DNA of 59,873 bases, from the NCBI GenBank assembly GCA_007133205.1, contig SLND01000033.1, forward strand, positions 1-59,873, in the 5' to 3' direction. The translations under genes and the position numbers were made by a program. Origin of the DNA: Natronospiraceae bacterium (GTDB lineage: Bacteria > Pseudomonadota > Gammaproteobacteria > Natronospirales > Natronospiraceae). Positions 19,704 to 29,500 of this stretch are shown here, piece by piece (position 1 is the first letter of the stretch; each line of letters begins with the position of its first letter). The notes beneath the pieces were generated by a model. It worked only from the letters and a program-made list of their open reading frames with translations. It was not told the DNA's origin and searched no databases.

Positions 19704-20249
19704 TCAGCACTCGGCGTCGAGGTATTCGGCGATATTTTCCAGCTCGGTGGCGGCCAGACGGGACATGTCCCGCTGCAGGCGCGACATCAGTCCCACCCAG
19801 CGACCACCGATGGTCTCCACCTGCGGATGGATGGTTATGCGGACAGAGGTTCGTTCCGCTTCCACTGACTCCAGTTCCGCGACACCACGGCCGAGCATCC
19901 GTTCGTCCTGTTCCAGGCGATAGACTATGCGACTGTGCGGATCACTTTCTTCGATCTCGAGAAGGTGAGTGAACTCACCGTTGCCATCTCCCCGGTCAGT
20001 CCGCCGCCATTCCAGCCGCGACCCGGCACCGGCGTCACCATCCATCCGCGCTTCCAGCTCATCGGTGTTCAAAACGGACCATTCGGCGATCGAATCGGGC
20101 CGGTTCATGGCGGCGAATACCGTCCGGTCGTCGGCGCAGATCTCCAGCCGCGAACTGTCTTCCCATTCGGCGGGCAGGAACATGCCGCCCACGAAGAATA
20201 CCGCCACCAGCACGGCGAGGGCCGCGAAGACGGCCTGAAGAGCTTTCAT
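19704..20249 (-). CDS. SRPBCC-fold (polyketide-cyclase/START-like) protein with N-terminal membrane anchor
   Basis: 181 aa with N-terminal TM (ALAVLVAVFFVGGMF). Composition and length fit the SRPBCC fold. Same strand and downstream of the M19 dipeptidase. Confidence 0.55.
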   Translation of the reverse strand: MKALQAVFAALAVLVAVFFVGGMFLPAEWEDSSRLEICADDRTVFAAMNRPDSIAEWSVLNTDELEARMDGDAGAGSRLEWRRTDRGDGNGEFTHLLEIEESDPHSRIVYRLEQDERMLGRGVAELESVEAERTSVRITIHPQVETIGGRWVGLMSRLQRDMSRLAATELENIAEYLDAEC

Positions 20250-20290
20250 GTATTGGTCCCCCGGTCAGTGAATCCGGTCAGTCACTTCTG

Positions 20291-21565
20291 TCAGTCAAAG
20301 TCTTCGATGCGCACATCCACGGGCTCCATCTCCTCCCGCAGTTCCTCCGCCACGGTCCGCGCTTCACGCATGACCCGGAGCACATTCAGTCCGGCAATCT
20401 TTTCCAGCTCTTCACGCTCGTAACCCCGTTCCACCAGTTCGGCGAACAGGTCCGGATAGGTGGAGACATCGCCCAGACCTTCGGGCAGGCTGCTTACCCC
20501 ATCGTAGTCGCCCCCGATTCCGATGTGCTCGGCACCGATCCGGTCGCGGAGATAATCAATATGGTCGGCCACGTCTTCCAGGGTCGCATCCGGCGCCGGA
20601 TTGTCTTCTTCCCATTGCTCGATGCGCCGCGACACTTCTTCCGGATCGCCGGGATAAAGGTTTTCAAGCCGTTCCAGCTCGCCGGCCCGGGCCGCCTGAC
20701 GCTGGCGCAGGTCCTCGTTCACGAAGGTGGGGACAAAGGTCACCATGACCACGCCGCCATTGTCGACCACGCGGTCAAGCACATCATCGGGCACATTGCG
20801 GGCGTGCGGTGTCTGTCCCTTGGCCGAGGAGTGGGAAAAGATCACCGGCGCCTCGGTCACATCCAGGGTGTCGTGCATCGTGTTCGGATGCACGTGGGAC
20901 AGGTCCACCAGCATCCCCATGCGGTTCATTTCCAGTACCACATGCTCGCCGAACTCGGTCAGGCCGTCGTGTTCCGGGCGGTCGGTGGCGGCATCCGCCC
21001 AGTCCGTGTTCTGCCAGTGGGTCAGGGTCATGTAGCGGGCACCGAGGGCGTAGAAGGTCCGCAGGGTTGCAATGGAGTTGTCGATCACGTGACCGCCTTC
21101 CATGCCCAGCAGCGAGGCGATGCGTCCCTCCTCGAAGGCCTCCATCAACTCGTCGGCGTCAGTCACGAAGCTGAGGTCCTCGTGACGGGAAATCAGGCGC
21201 CGGGCGATGTCGATCTGCTCGAGCTGGGCCTTGGTGGCGTCCGCTCCCTCTTCATCGGGACTCACGTACACCGACCAGAACTGCCCCCCGACCCGGCCTT
21301 CCTTGAGCCTGTCGATGTCGGTGTGCATGGGCGGATCCAGTTCGCTGGTATCCCCGGCCAGGTTGATCTCATCGATGCGGTTGTCCACCCGCAGGCGGTA
21401 TTGCCAGGGGACGTCGTTATGGCCGTCGATCAGCGGTACGGATTCGAGGATGTCGATCGCCTTCGCGCGCGGGTCCTCTCTTTCCTCTCCGTTTTCTTCC
21501 GCCAGCACCACGGTGGTGAACAGGCAGAGAAGACAGGTGGCAGTCAGTCTGGCAGCGAATCCCAT
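20291..21565 (-). CDS. Membrane dipeptidase (peptidase M19), exported
   Basis: Real start is ATG at 21565 (GGAGAT upstream). Signal peptide MGFAARLTATCLLCLFTTVVLA. Motifs are IDGHNDVPW, MTLTHW, VDLSHV and FSHSS. The rest of the 1019-aa track ORF is read-through into non-coding or antisense DNA. Confidence 0.92.
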   Translation of the reverse strand: MGFAARLTATCLLCLFTTVVLAEENGEEREDPRAKAIDILESVPLIDGHNDVPWQYRLRVDNRIDEINLAGDTSELDPPMHTDIDRLKEGRVGGQFWSVYVSPDEEGADATKAQLEQIDIARRLISRHEDLSFVTDADELMEAFEEGRIASLLGMEGGHVIDNSIATLRTFYALGARYMTLTHWQNTDWADAATDRPEHDGLTEFGEHVVLEMNRMGMLVDLSHVHPNTMHDTLDVTEAPVIFSHSSAKGQTPHARNVPDDVLDRVVDNGGVVMVTFVPTFVNEDLRQRQAARAGELERLENLYPGDPEEVSRRIEQWEEDNPAPDATLEDVADHIDYLRDRIGAEHIGIGGDYDGVSSLPEGLGDVSTYPDLFAELVERGYEREELEKIAGLNVLRVMREARTVAEELREEMEPVDVRIEDFD

Positions 21566-21741
21566 GGATATCTCCCTTGCTTCCAGTTCAGCCGACGCCG
21601 ACCCTTGAGCAACATAGGGCGGCGGGACGCCGACCGTCGGCAACATCAGGCCGCAGCGGTCCGAGAAGTGCCATAGCCTAGCAGGAACTGGCCCGGCGGG
21701 TAGCATCATCCCCTCTTCCGAACCTCCTCTGCGTATGGGCT

Positions 21742-22097
21742 CCCCTGCGGAATGTCGCGGGCGGGTTGGAAGGAGGCTGCTCTGCGACAGGGGCCTGATG
21801 GGCTGGGTAGGCCCTCTCGGGAACGGCGTAAATCCTTCCCTGGAGCCTCCGGGGCCGCCGTCCTGGCGGCCACGGTCCCGATAGGGCCTACCCAGCCCAC
21901 CAGGCGGTGGGGTCTCGGGCACTGGGGGCAGAAGAGGCCTTTCCGGGACTGTAAGCGCCATGGATGGCGCGCACAGAGCCTCCAGGGAAGGTTTTACGGC
22001 GTTCCCGGAAAGGCCTCTTCTGCCCCACAGTGCGGCCCGTTCAAGCTGAATTCCCGTGTGCCGAGTCCGAACACCCGCCCGCGACATTCCGCAGGGG
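21742..22097. mobile_element. MITE-like structured element with perfect 25-bp terminal inverted repeats
   Basis: CCCCTGCGGAATGTCGCGGGCGGGT (21742-21766) pairs with its exact reverse complement (22073-22097). Inside are two large hairpins: 15-bp stem 21800-21814/21884-21898 and 22-bp stem 21927-21948/22003-22024. They carry related ~40-nt cores (21810-21850 vs 21975-22015) in inverted orientation. No coding capacity. Confidence 0.6.
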
Positions 22098-22116
22098 AAT
22101 CGATCACTCGCCGCCC

Positions 22117-22144
22117 TTGCATGCCCGAAATTTGGTGATATACT
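22117..22144 (+). promoter_or_regulatory. Candidate sigma70 promoter of the RND efflux operon
   Basis: TTGCAT (22117-22122), 16-nt spacer, TGaTATACT extended -10 (TATACT at 22139-22144). Confidence 0.35.
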
Positions 22145-22156
22145 CACGTATAACAC
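22135..22156. promoter_or_regulatory. Candidate operator (imperfect 9-bp inverted repeat) overlapping the -10
   Basis: GTGATATAC (22135-22143), 4-nt spacer, GTATAACAC (22148-22156). The arms are complementary at 8 of 9 positions. Confidence 0.25.
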
Positions 22157-22198
22157 ATGAACAGCAGGACGAAGCGCAGCAGTTCCGGGAGAAGGACC

Positions 22199-23293
22199 AT
22201 GCACAAACACAGCCCCAGACACATCACCGGCCGCCCCCTGGGCGCCCTGCTCATCGTGGCGCTGTTCCTCGGCGCCTGCGGCCAGGGCCAGCCGCCCGGA
22301 GAGGATGGCAACGACGGCGCCCAGCCCGCCACCGTCGAGGCGGATACGCCGCGTCAGGATGCGGTTACCGCGAGTCATCGCGCGACCGCCACTCTGCAGG
22401 CGATCGCGGATAGCCGCGTGGTCGCCCGCAGCCGGGGCCTGGTGGAGGAACTGCGGGTCGAGGAAGGTGACACCGTGGAACAGGGCCAGGTGCTGGCCGT
22501 GCTCGACGACCGCCAGCTCAGCCTGGAGCGCGATCAGGCCCAGGCCCAGGTGGATGAACTGGAACAGGAATACCGCCACACCCGCGACCTGGTGGAGCGG
22601 GAAATCGAAAGTCCGGAGGCGGCCCAGAAGATCCGGTTCCAGCTTGAGGCGGAGCGGGCACGACTGGCCCTGACCGAGCTGGAGCTGGACGAGACCCGGA
22701 TCAAGGCCCCGATCGACGGGGTGGTCTCCGAGCGCATGATTCGCCGCGGCGATCACGTCAATGACGGCGATGAAATCTTTCGGGTCACCGATCCCGACCA
22801 CCTGGAAGTGGAAGTGCATGTCCCGCAACGCCTGGTCAGCCGCCTGATGCCCGGCCAGAGCGTCGAGATTCGCGGTGAATCCAGCCCCGACAATGCCCAC
22901 AGCGGCCGGGTGATCCGGATCAGTCCCGTGGTGGATGAGGAATCCGGCACCGTGCGCACCACGGTCTATGTCGATGCCGGCAACGGCGAACTGCGTCCCG
23001 GGGGCTTCGCACGCCTGCGCATCCACTACGACACCCGCGAGGATGCCCTGCTCGTGCCGCGCCGGGCCCTGCGCTTCGGCAACGGCAACGCGGAGCTGTT
23101 CGTGATCGAGGATGGCAAGGCCCGCCACCGCGATGTCCGGATCGGTACCGATGACGGCGAATGGGTGGAAATCACCGACGGCCTGGCAGCGGACGAGAAA
23201 GTGGTCACCTTCGGACAGGCCACCCTGCGCGAGGGCATGGAAGTCGAGATCCTCGATCCCGATCAGCGCATCGCCGGCAGTTCCGAAGGCTGA
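22199..23293 (+). CDS. RND efflux periplasmic adaptor (MFP/HlyD family) lipoprotein
   Basis: ATG at 22199 preceded by GGGAGAAGGA. Lipobox LFLGAC. Barrel-sandwich and coiled-coil pattern typical of MdtA/AcrA-like adaptors. Confidence 0.9.
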   Translation: MHKHSPRHITGRPLGALLIVALFLGACGQGQPPGEDGNDGAQPATVEADTPRQDAVTASHRATATLQAIADSRVVARSRGLVEELRVEEGDTVEQGQVLAVLDDRQLSLERDQAQAQVDELEQEYRHTRDLVEREIESPEAAQKIRFQLEAERARLALTELELDETRIKAPIDGVVSERMIRRGDHVNDGDEIFRVTDPDHLEVEVHVPQRLVSRLMPGQSVEIRGESSPDNAHSGRVIRISPVVDEESGTVRTTVYVDAGNGELRPGGFARLRIHYDTREDALLVPRRALRFGNGNAELFVIEDGKARHRDVRIGTDDGEWVEITDGLAADEKVVTFGQATLREGMEVEILDPDQRIAGSSEG

Positions 23294-23352
23294 ATCCGAG
23301 CTGATCGGGAACTCTCGTAATCGGACGAAACCAGGCAAGCGGAAGCTCAATC

Positions 23353-26300
23353 ATGCGTACTCGATACTTCGGCATCGTCAATTTCGCTACCCGGCGGCGG
23401 GTCACCATAGCCATGATTGCCATCGGCGTGGTCGTGTTCGGCCTCGTCGCCCAGGGCCGCCTGCCGGTCACCCTGCTGCCCGATGTCGAGCACCCGAGCC
23501 TCAGCGTGCAGACCGAACTGGAAGGGGCCGCGCCCGAGGAGGTGGAGTACCTGATCTCGCGCCCGCTGGAGGAAACCCTGGCGACCACCACCGGGGTCCG
23601 CCGCGTGGATTCGATCTCACGCGCCGGCCAATCGGAAATCACGCTGGAGTTCGAATGGGGCACCGCGATGGACACCGCCCTGATCGATGTCCGTGAACGC
23701 CTGGGCTGGGCCGCCCTGCCCCTGGAAGCGGATACCCCGCAGGTCCTGCGCTTCGATCCCTCCAGCGATCCCATCGTGCGGCTCAGTCTCTCCGATGACG
23801 GCGGAGACCTTGGCAGCCTGCGCCGTTATGCCGAGGACGAAATCGCGCGCGAGATCGAGGTCCTGCCGGGGGTGGCCGCTGCCCGGGTTTCGGGTGGCCT
23901 GGACGAGGAAATCCAGGTCCGGGTCGACGATGAACGTATGGCCGCGCTGGATCTCGACATTGCCGACATCCGGGACCGGATCGAGGCCGAAAACGTCAAT
24001 GTCTCCGGCGGACAGTTGCGCGACGGTTCCCGCGACCTGCTGGTCCGCACCCTCAACCGCTTCGAGGATCTTGATGATCTCCGGCGCATGGCCGTGGACC
24101 GGCGCAACGGGACCGGCATTCGCCTGGAAGACATTGCCGAAGTCGGCATGGGGCACAAGGATCCCGACGCCATCCTGCGCCTGGATGGCGAGGAAGCAGT
24201 GGAAATCGCGATGTACCGGGAGGGGGATGCCAATACCGTGCAGGTGGCCCGCGAGATCCGTACCGAGCTGGCCGATATCGAGTCCCGGCTGCCCGAGGGC
24301 ATGGAAGTGGCGACCATCCAGGATCAGTCGCGCTTCATCGAGCGGGCCATTTCCGAGGTGATCACCGCCGGTGTCCTCGGGGGCCTGCTCGCGGCACTGA
24401 TGCTCTATCTCTTCCTCGGCCGGGTTCGCCCCACCCTGATCATCGCGGTATCGATCCCGCTGTCGGTCCTCGGCACCTTCCTGCTGATGCACGGCACCGG
24501 CATCGGCCTGAACGTGATGTCCCTGGGCGGGATCGCACTCGCGGTCGGGCTGCTGGTGGACAGCGCAATTGTGGTCCTGGAAAGCATCTCGCGCCGGCGT
24601 GAAGCCGGAGACGACCCCCTCGAGGCGGCCCGCCGTGGCGCCGGCGAGGTGGGCGCGGCGATCACGGCCTCGACCCTGACCACCATCGCGGTCTTCCTGC
24701 CGCTGGCCTTCGTCGAAGGCCTGGCCGGGCAATTGTTCGGTGACCAGGCTCTGGCGATCACCTTTGCCCTGCTGCTTGCCCTGCTGATTGCCCTGGCCGT
24801 CATCCCCATGCTGTCGGTCCCATCACGGGGCCCGGCCGAAGCCGAAGGCGAGGCAGCCCCGCGCCGGAAGGGTCTTCGAGGCCTGCCCGGGCGTCTGTTC
24901 AACGGCCTGCTCGTCGCCATCCTGGCCGCCTTGCGGATACCGGCGCGGATGCTGGCGCGTCTGGGGGGCTGGCTGATGCGGCCGGTTCGGGCCGGATTCA
25001 ATGCCGTGTGGCAGCGAATCGACGGGGCCTACCCCCGTCTGCTTGCCTGGTCGCTCGACCGCCCGGGACGGATCTGGCTGTCCGCCCTGGCCGTGGTCGC
25101 GATCGCCCTGGCGGTTCTGCCGCGCCTGGGCACGGAACTGATGCCTCAGGTCAGCCAGGGTGAGTTCGACCTGGTACTCGAGATGGCTCCCGGGACGGAC
25201 CTGGAGCGCACGGACCAGACCCTGGAATCCCTGCGCCGGGAACTGGATGAGGCCCTGCCGGTGGCCGCGACCGCGACCATGGCCGGCAGCGGCGACCGCC
25301 TGGACGCCTCCCCGGCCGACGAAGGCGAAAACCGCGGCCGTCTCACCGTGCGCATGGAAGCCTGGGCCGGCACGGAAGAAGAGGCGGCCACGGCCGATGC
25401 CCTGCGCCGGGTACTCGCGGACCGCGACGATCTGCGCTATCGCATCGAGACCCCGGCGATCATGCGCTTTGATCAGCCGCTGGAGCTGCATCTGCACGGC
25501 GACCAGCTCGAGGATCTGGAACGGGCCTCGGAACAGGCCCGGGTCGCGATGGCCGAGAGCAAGCATTTCAGCGACGTGCGCTCGAGCATGGCCGAAGGCT
25601 ATCCGGAAGTCCGGATTGACCTGGACCGCGAACTGCTGGCCCGGTTCGACCTGGACGCCGCCGGTGCCGCCCAGCGGATTGCCGATCATGTCCAGGGCCA
25701 GACCGCCAGTCGTTATTCGCTGCCCGATCGGGAGCTGGACATCCACGTGCGCGGGCGGGAGGAAACCCGCCGTTCCCTGGATGCCCTGCGCGCCCTGCCC
25801 ATGAACCCGATGGCGGAGGCCTCCCTGCCGCTGGAGGCGGTCGCCGCGCTGACCATTGAAACCGGCCCCGCCGAAATCCGGCGGGAAGGCCAGCGCCGGG
25901 TCGCGGTGGTCGCCGCCGACCCGGCCCATGGCGACACCGGGCGGGCCGCCGCGGCCCTGGATACCCTGCTCACGGACCTGGAACTGCCGGCGGGCATGCA
26001 CGCCAGCGTCGGCGGACAGAGTACGGAGATGGACGAGGCCTTTGCCGCTCTGATGCTTGCGCTGCTGCTGTCGATCTTCCTGGTCTATCTGGTAATGGCC
26101 TCTCAGTTCGAGTCCCTGCTCCACCCCTTCGTGATCCTGTTCACCGTGCCCATGGCCCTGGCCGGAGCGATCATCGGGCTCTGGCTGAGCGGCAGTACGC
26201 TCAGCGTGATCGTGTTCATCGGCCTGATGATGCTCGGCGGCATCATCGTCAACAACGCCATCGTGCTGGTGGACCGGATCAACCGTCAGCGACGGGAAGG

Positions 26301-26544
26301 CCTGGCGTTGCGCGAGGCGATCATGGAAGCGGGCCGTACCCGGCTGCGCCCGATCGTGATGACCGCCGCGACCACCATCCTCGCCCTGCTGCCGATGGCG
26401 CTCGGCTTCGGTGACGGTGGCGAACTGCGAGCCCCCATGGCCATCACCGTGATCGGCGGGCTGCTGGCCGGCACTCTGCTCACCCTGGTGGTGATTCCGG
26501 TCAGTTATTACCGCATTGAACGTCTGCGGGGGGCGGACTCATGA
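23353..26544 (+). CDS. RND efflux permease (AcrB/MdtB-like), first of two
   Basis: 1063 aa with 12-TM RND architecture. N-terminus FATRRRVTIAMIAIGVVVFG. Conserved TM4 region GLLVDSAIVVLE. Confidence 0.93.
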   Translation: MRTRYFGIVNFATRRRVTIAMIAIGVVVFGLVAQGRLPVTLLPDVEHPSLSVQTELEGAAPEEVEYLISRPLEETLATTTGVRRVDSISRAGQSEITLEFEWGTAMDTALIDVRERLGWAALPLEADTPQVLRFDPSSDPIVRLSLSDDGGDLGSLRRYAEDEIAREIEVLPGVAAARVSGGLDEEIQVRVDDERMAALDLDIADIRDRIEAENVNVSGGQLRDGSRDLLVRTLNRFEDLDDLRRMAVDRRNGTGIRLEDIAEVGMGHKDPDAILRLDGEEAVEIAMYREGDANTVQVAREIRTELADIESRLPEGMEVATIQDQSRFIERAISEVITAGVLGGLLAALMLYLFLGRVRPTLIIAVSIPLSVLGTFLLMHGTGIGLNVMSLGGIALAVGLLVDSAIVVLESISRRREAGDDPLEAARRGAGEVGAAITASTLTTIAVFLPLAFVEGLAGQLFGDQALAITFALLLALLIALAVIPMLSVPSRGPAEAEGEAAPRRKGLRGLPGRLFNGLLVAILAALRIPARMLARLGGWLMRPVRAGFNAVWQRIDGAYPRLLAWSLDRPGRIWLSALAVVAIALAVLPRLGTELMPQVSQGEFDLVLEMAPGTDLERTDQTLESLRRELDEALPVAATATMAGSGDRLDASPADEGENRGRLTVRMEAWAGTEEEAATADALRRVLADRDDLRYRIETPAIMRFDQPLELHLHGDQLEDLERASEQARVAMAESKHFSDVRSSMAEGYPEVRIDLDRELLARFDLDAAGAAQRIADHVQGQTASRYSLPDRELDIHVRGREETRRSLDALRALPMNPMAEASLPLEAVAALTIETGPAEIRREGQRRVAVVAADPAHGDTGRAAAALDTLLTDLELPAGMHASVGGQSTEMDEAFAALMLALLLSIFLVYLVMASQFESLLHPFVILFTVPMALAGAIIGLWLSGSTLSVIVFIGLMMLGGIIVNNAIVLVDRINRQRREGLALREAIMEAGRTRLRPIVMTAATTILALLPMALGFGDGGELRAPMAITVIGGLLAGTLLTLVVIPVSYYRIERLRGADS

Positions 26545-29500
26545 ATATTCCCGCGCTCGCCCTGCGCCGCCCGGTCACCACCCTGATGATCTGCCTGGCC
26601 GTAGCCGCGGCCGGCCTCGCGGCGGCACGGATGTTGCCGATCGCCCTGTGGCCGGACATGGACTGGCCCGTCGCCTTCGTCGAGATTCAGGCCCCCGGGG
26701 CCTCGCCCGAGGAGCTGGAGCGGGAGGTGGTCCAGCCGCTCGAGGATTCGGTGTCCATGATCTCGGGCATGGACCAGTTGCGCGCCTTCGCCTACCCCGA
26801 CCGGGTCCAGCTCCAGGTCCAGTTCGAGTGGGGCGAGGAAATGGGCTCGCGCAACATGGAGATCCAGGAACGGGTCGACGTGGTGCGCGGGGAATTCCCG
26901 GACTACGTGGAAGACATCCAGGTCATGACCGGGGATACCGAAGACATTCCCGTGGTCCAGCTCGAGATCACCTCCGAAAGAGACCTGAGCGGCGAGTACC
27001 GCATGCTGGAGCGGGTGCTCGAAAACCGCCTGGAGAGCGTGCCCGGTGTCTCGCGCACCGAGATGTGGGGAGTCCAGGAAAACGAATACGAGGTACGCCT
27101 CGACCCGGACCGCCTCGCGGCCCACGGTCTTGCGGCGCGCGAAGTGGCCGACACCCTGGACCGAAACCACCGCACCCTGGCAACGGGCAGCATGCGAGTG
27201 CCGCCGGAACATATCCGCCTGCGCGCCGACAGCAGCTTTCCCGACACCGCATCCATCCTCGCGCAACCCCTCGGCAACGGACTGCGGGTCGAGGATGTGG
27301 CTACGGTGGAGGAATTCGCCGCCCCCCGCAGCACCATCCGACAACTGGATGGGGAACAGACCATCGCGGTGAATCTCTTTCGCGAACCGGGGCAGAACAT
27401 CGTCGACCTCTCCCGACGCATCCATTCAGCCCTGGACGAGGTCCGCGCGGATCCGGAATTTTCCGACATCAGGATCACCACCCGCACCGACCAGGCAGAT
27501 GCGGTGGGGGCCTCGCTGACCCAGCTCCTGCGTGCCGGCCTGCTGGGGGCGGTCCTTGCCCTGCTGGTGCTGTGGGGATTCCTGCGCTCGCTACGCACCA
27601 CCCTGGTGGTGGTAGGCTCCATTCCGCTGGCCCTGGCCGCCAGCCTGGCCGTGCTCTACCAGGCAGGGCTCACCCTGAACGTGATTTCGATGATGGGCCT
27701 GATGCTCGGCATCGGCATGCTGGTGGACAACGCGGTGGTAGTGAGTGAAAACATCTTCCGCCACCGCCAGCAGGGCAAGGGTCCGCTGCGGGCCAGTCTG
27801 GTCGGTGCCAGGGAAGTGGCAACCGCGGTAACCGCCGGCACCCTGACCACGGTCATGGTCTTCCTGCCGATCCTGGTGGGCCCGTCCAGCATGCTCACCA
27901 TCCAGCTAAAACATGTGGCGGTCGCCATCGTGACCACCCTGCTTGCCTCCCTCGTGGTGGCCCTGACCTTCATTCCGCTGGTGGTCTCACGCCTGCGCGG
28001 AACCAACATCACCGCCGAGGATCGTGATCCCGTGCGCCGCCTCGCCCATCGTTACGGCAATGCACTGCAATGGTGCCTGGACCGCCCACGCCGGGTATTG
28101 ATGCTGGGCCTGCTCGCCCTGCTTTCAATCCTGATCCCGGCCCAGCATGTCAGCACCGACATGTTCGACCAGGATGAAAACCGAACCCTGCGACTCAACT
28201 ACCAGGTGGAAGGCAGCCATGCCCTGGAGGATATGGGACGCGTGGTCGATCGGGTGGAACAGGCTCTGCTGGAGCACCGGGACGATCTCGACATCGACAC
28301 CCTCTTTTCCTGGTACAGCCATGACAGCGCCAATACCCTGCTCCACCTGCACGAAGGCAGGGCGGCCGAGGTTCCCGCCGCCGAGGTCCGTGAGCGCGTC
28401 CGGGAAATCCTGCCCGAGACGGTGATTGGTGATCCGTTCTTTCACGGGGAACAGGCGGGAGGCACGGATCAGCTCAGCGTCCGGGTCGAAGGCGAACGCA
28501 GTGAGGACCTGCCCCCGATCGCACGCGAGGTGGCAAGTCGCCTGGAAACCATCGACGGCGTGGCCTTTGCCCAGCCGGACCTGGAGGAGGCGCCGGAAAG
28601 CGTCACCATCCAGCCACGTCCGGAACAGGGCGAACAGCTCAATCTGCCGGTGCAGGAGATCGCGCAACAGGTGAACCTGGCCCTGAGCGGGCGTGGTCTC
28701 GAACGCCTGCGCGGGGCCAACGGCGAAGTGGACCTGCGTGCGATCTATCGCCGGGACGAACGCGAGAGCCTGAAGATGCTCGCCGCGATGCCGATTCAGC
28801 TTCCGGACGGCGGGACCATCCCCCTCAATGCCCTCGCCAGCCTGGAACGGGGCCGGGAAGATGACCGCATTGCCCGGGTGAATCGACGGGCCGCCGCCTA
28901 TGTGGAACTGCACCTGGACGACGACGCCAGTTCGGGCGAGGTTCGCGGGCAAGTCAGTGAAGCCCTGGAAGATCTGCAACTGCCACCGGGCTATCGCTGG
29001 GGTTACGGCAGTGCCTTCCAGCAGGAAATGGATGATCTCGGCCAACTGATGCTGACCTACCTGCTCGCGATCCTGTTGATCTTCCTGGTCATGGCTTCCC
29101 TGTTCGAGGCCCTGCTCAAGCCGCTCGCGATCCTGACCAGCATTCTGTTTTCCATTGTCGGGGTGTACTGGTTCTTCCTCTTCACCGGGGCCACTTTCAC
29201 CATCATGGCCATGATTGGAATCCTGGTGCTGATGGGCGTGGTGGTGAACAACGGCATCGTGCTGGTGGATCACGTCAATCGGCTGCGCTGGGAGGGCATG
29301 GACCGTCTGGAGGCCATTCGCCGGGGCAGCGTGGATCGTTTCCGGCCCATCCTGATGACGGTCGGGACCACCATCCTCGGACTGACCCCGCTGGCCATCA
29401 CCGACGCCCGCTTCGCCGGCGACGGACCGTCCTACCAGCCCATGGCCCAGGCCATTATCGGTGGACTGGCCTTCTCCACCGTGATCAGCCTTTTCCTCCT

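Noticed and set aside
21800-21902. tRNA-like appearance: a long stem closed by GGGCTGG/CCAGCCC followed by ACCA
   Set aside because: No D- or T-arm can be drawn (no GTTCRANNC-like T-loop). The stem simply continues for about 25 bp as part of the TIR-element hairpin, so the ACCA is judged coincidental.
21566-23350. Upstream 595 codons of the 1019-aa minus-strand ORF 20291..23350
   Set aside because: Only the last 424 codons (from ATG 21565, with RBS and signal peptide) look like protein (M19 dipeptidase). The rest runs through the TIR element and antisense to the adaptor gene. It is an open frame by GC bias.
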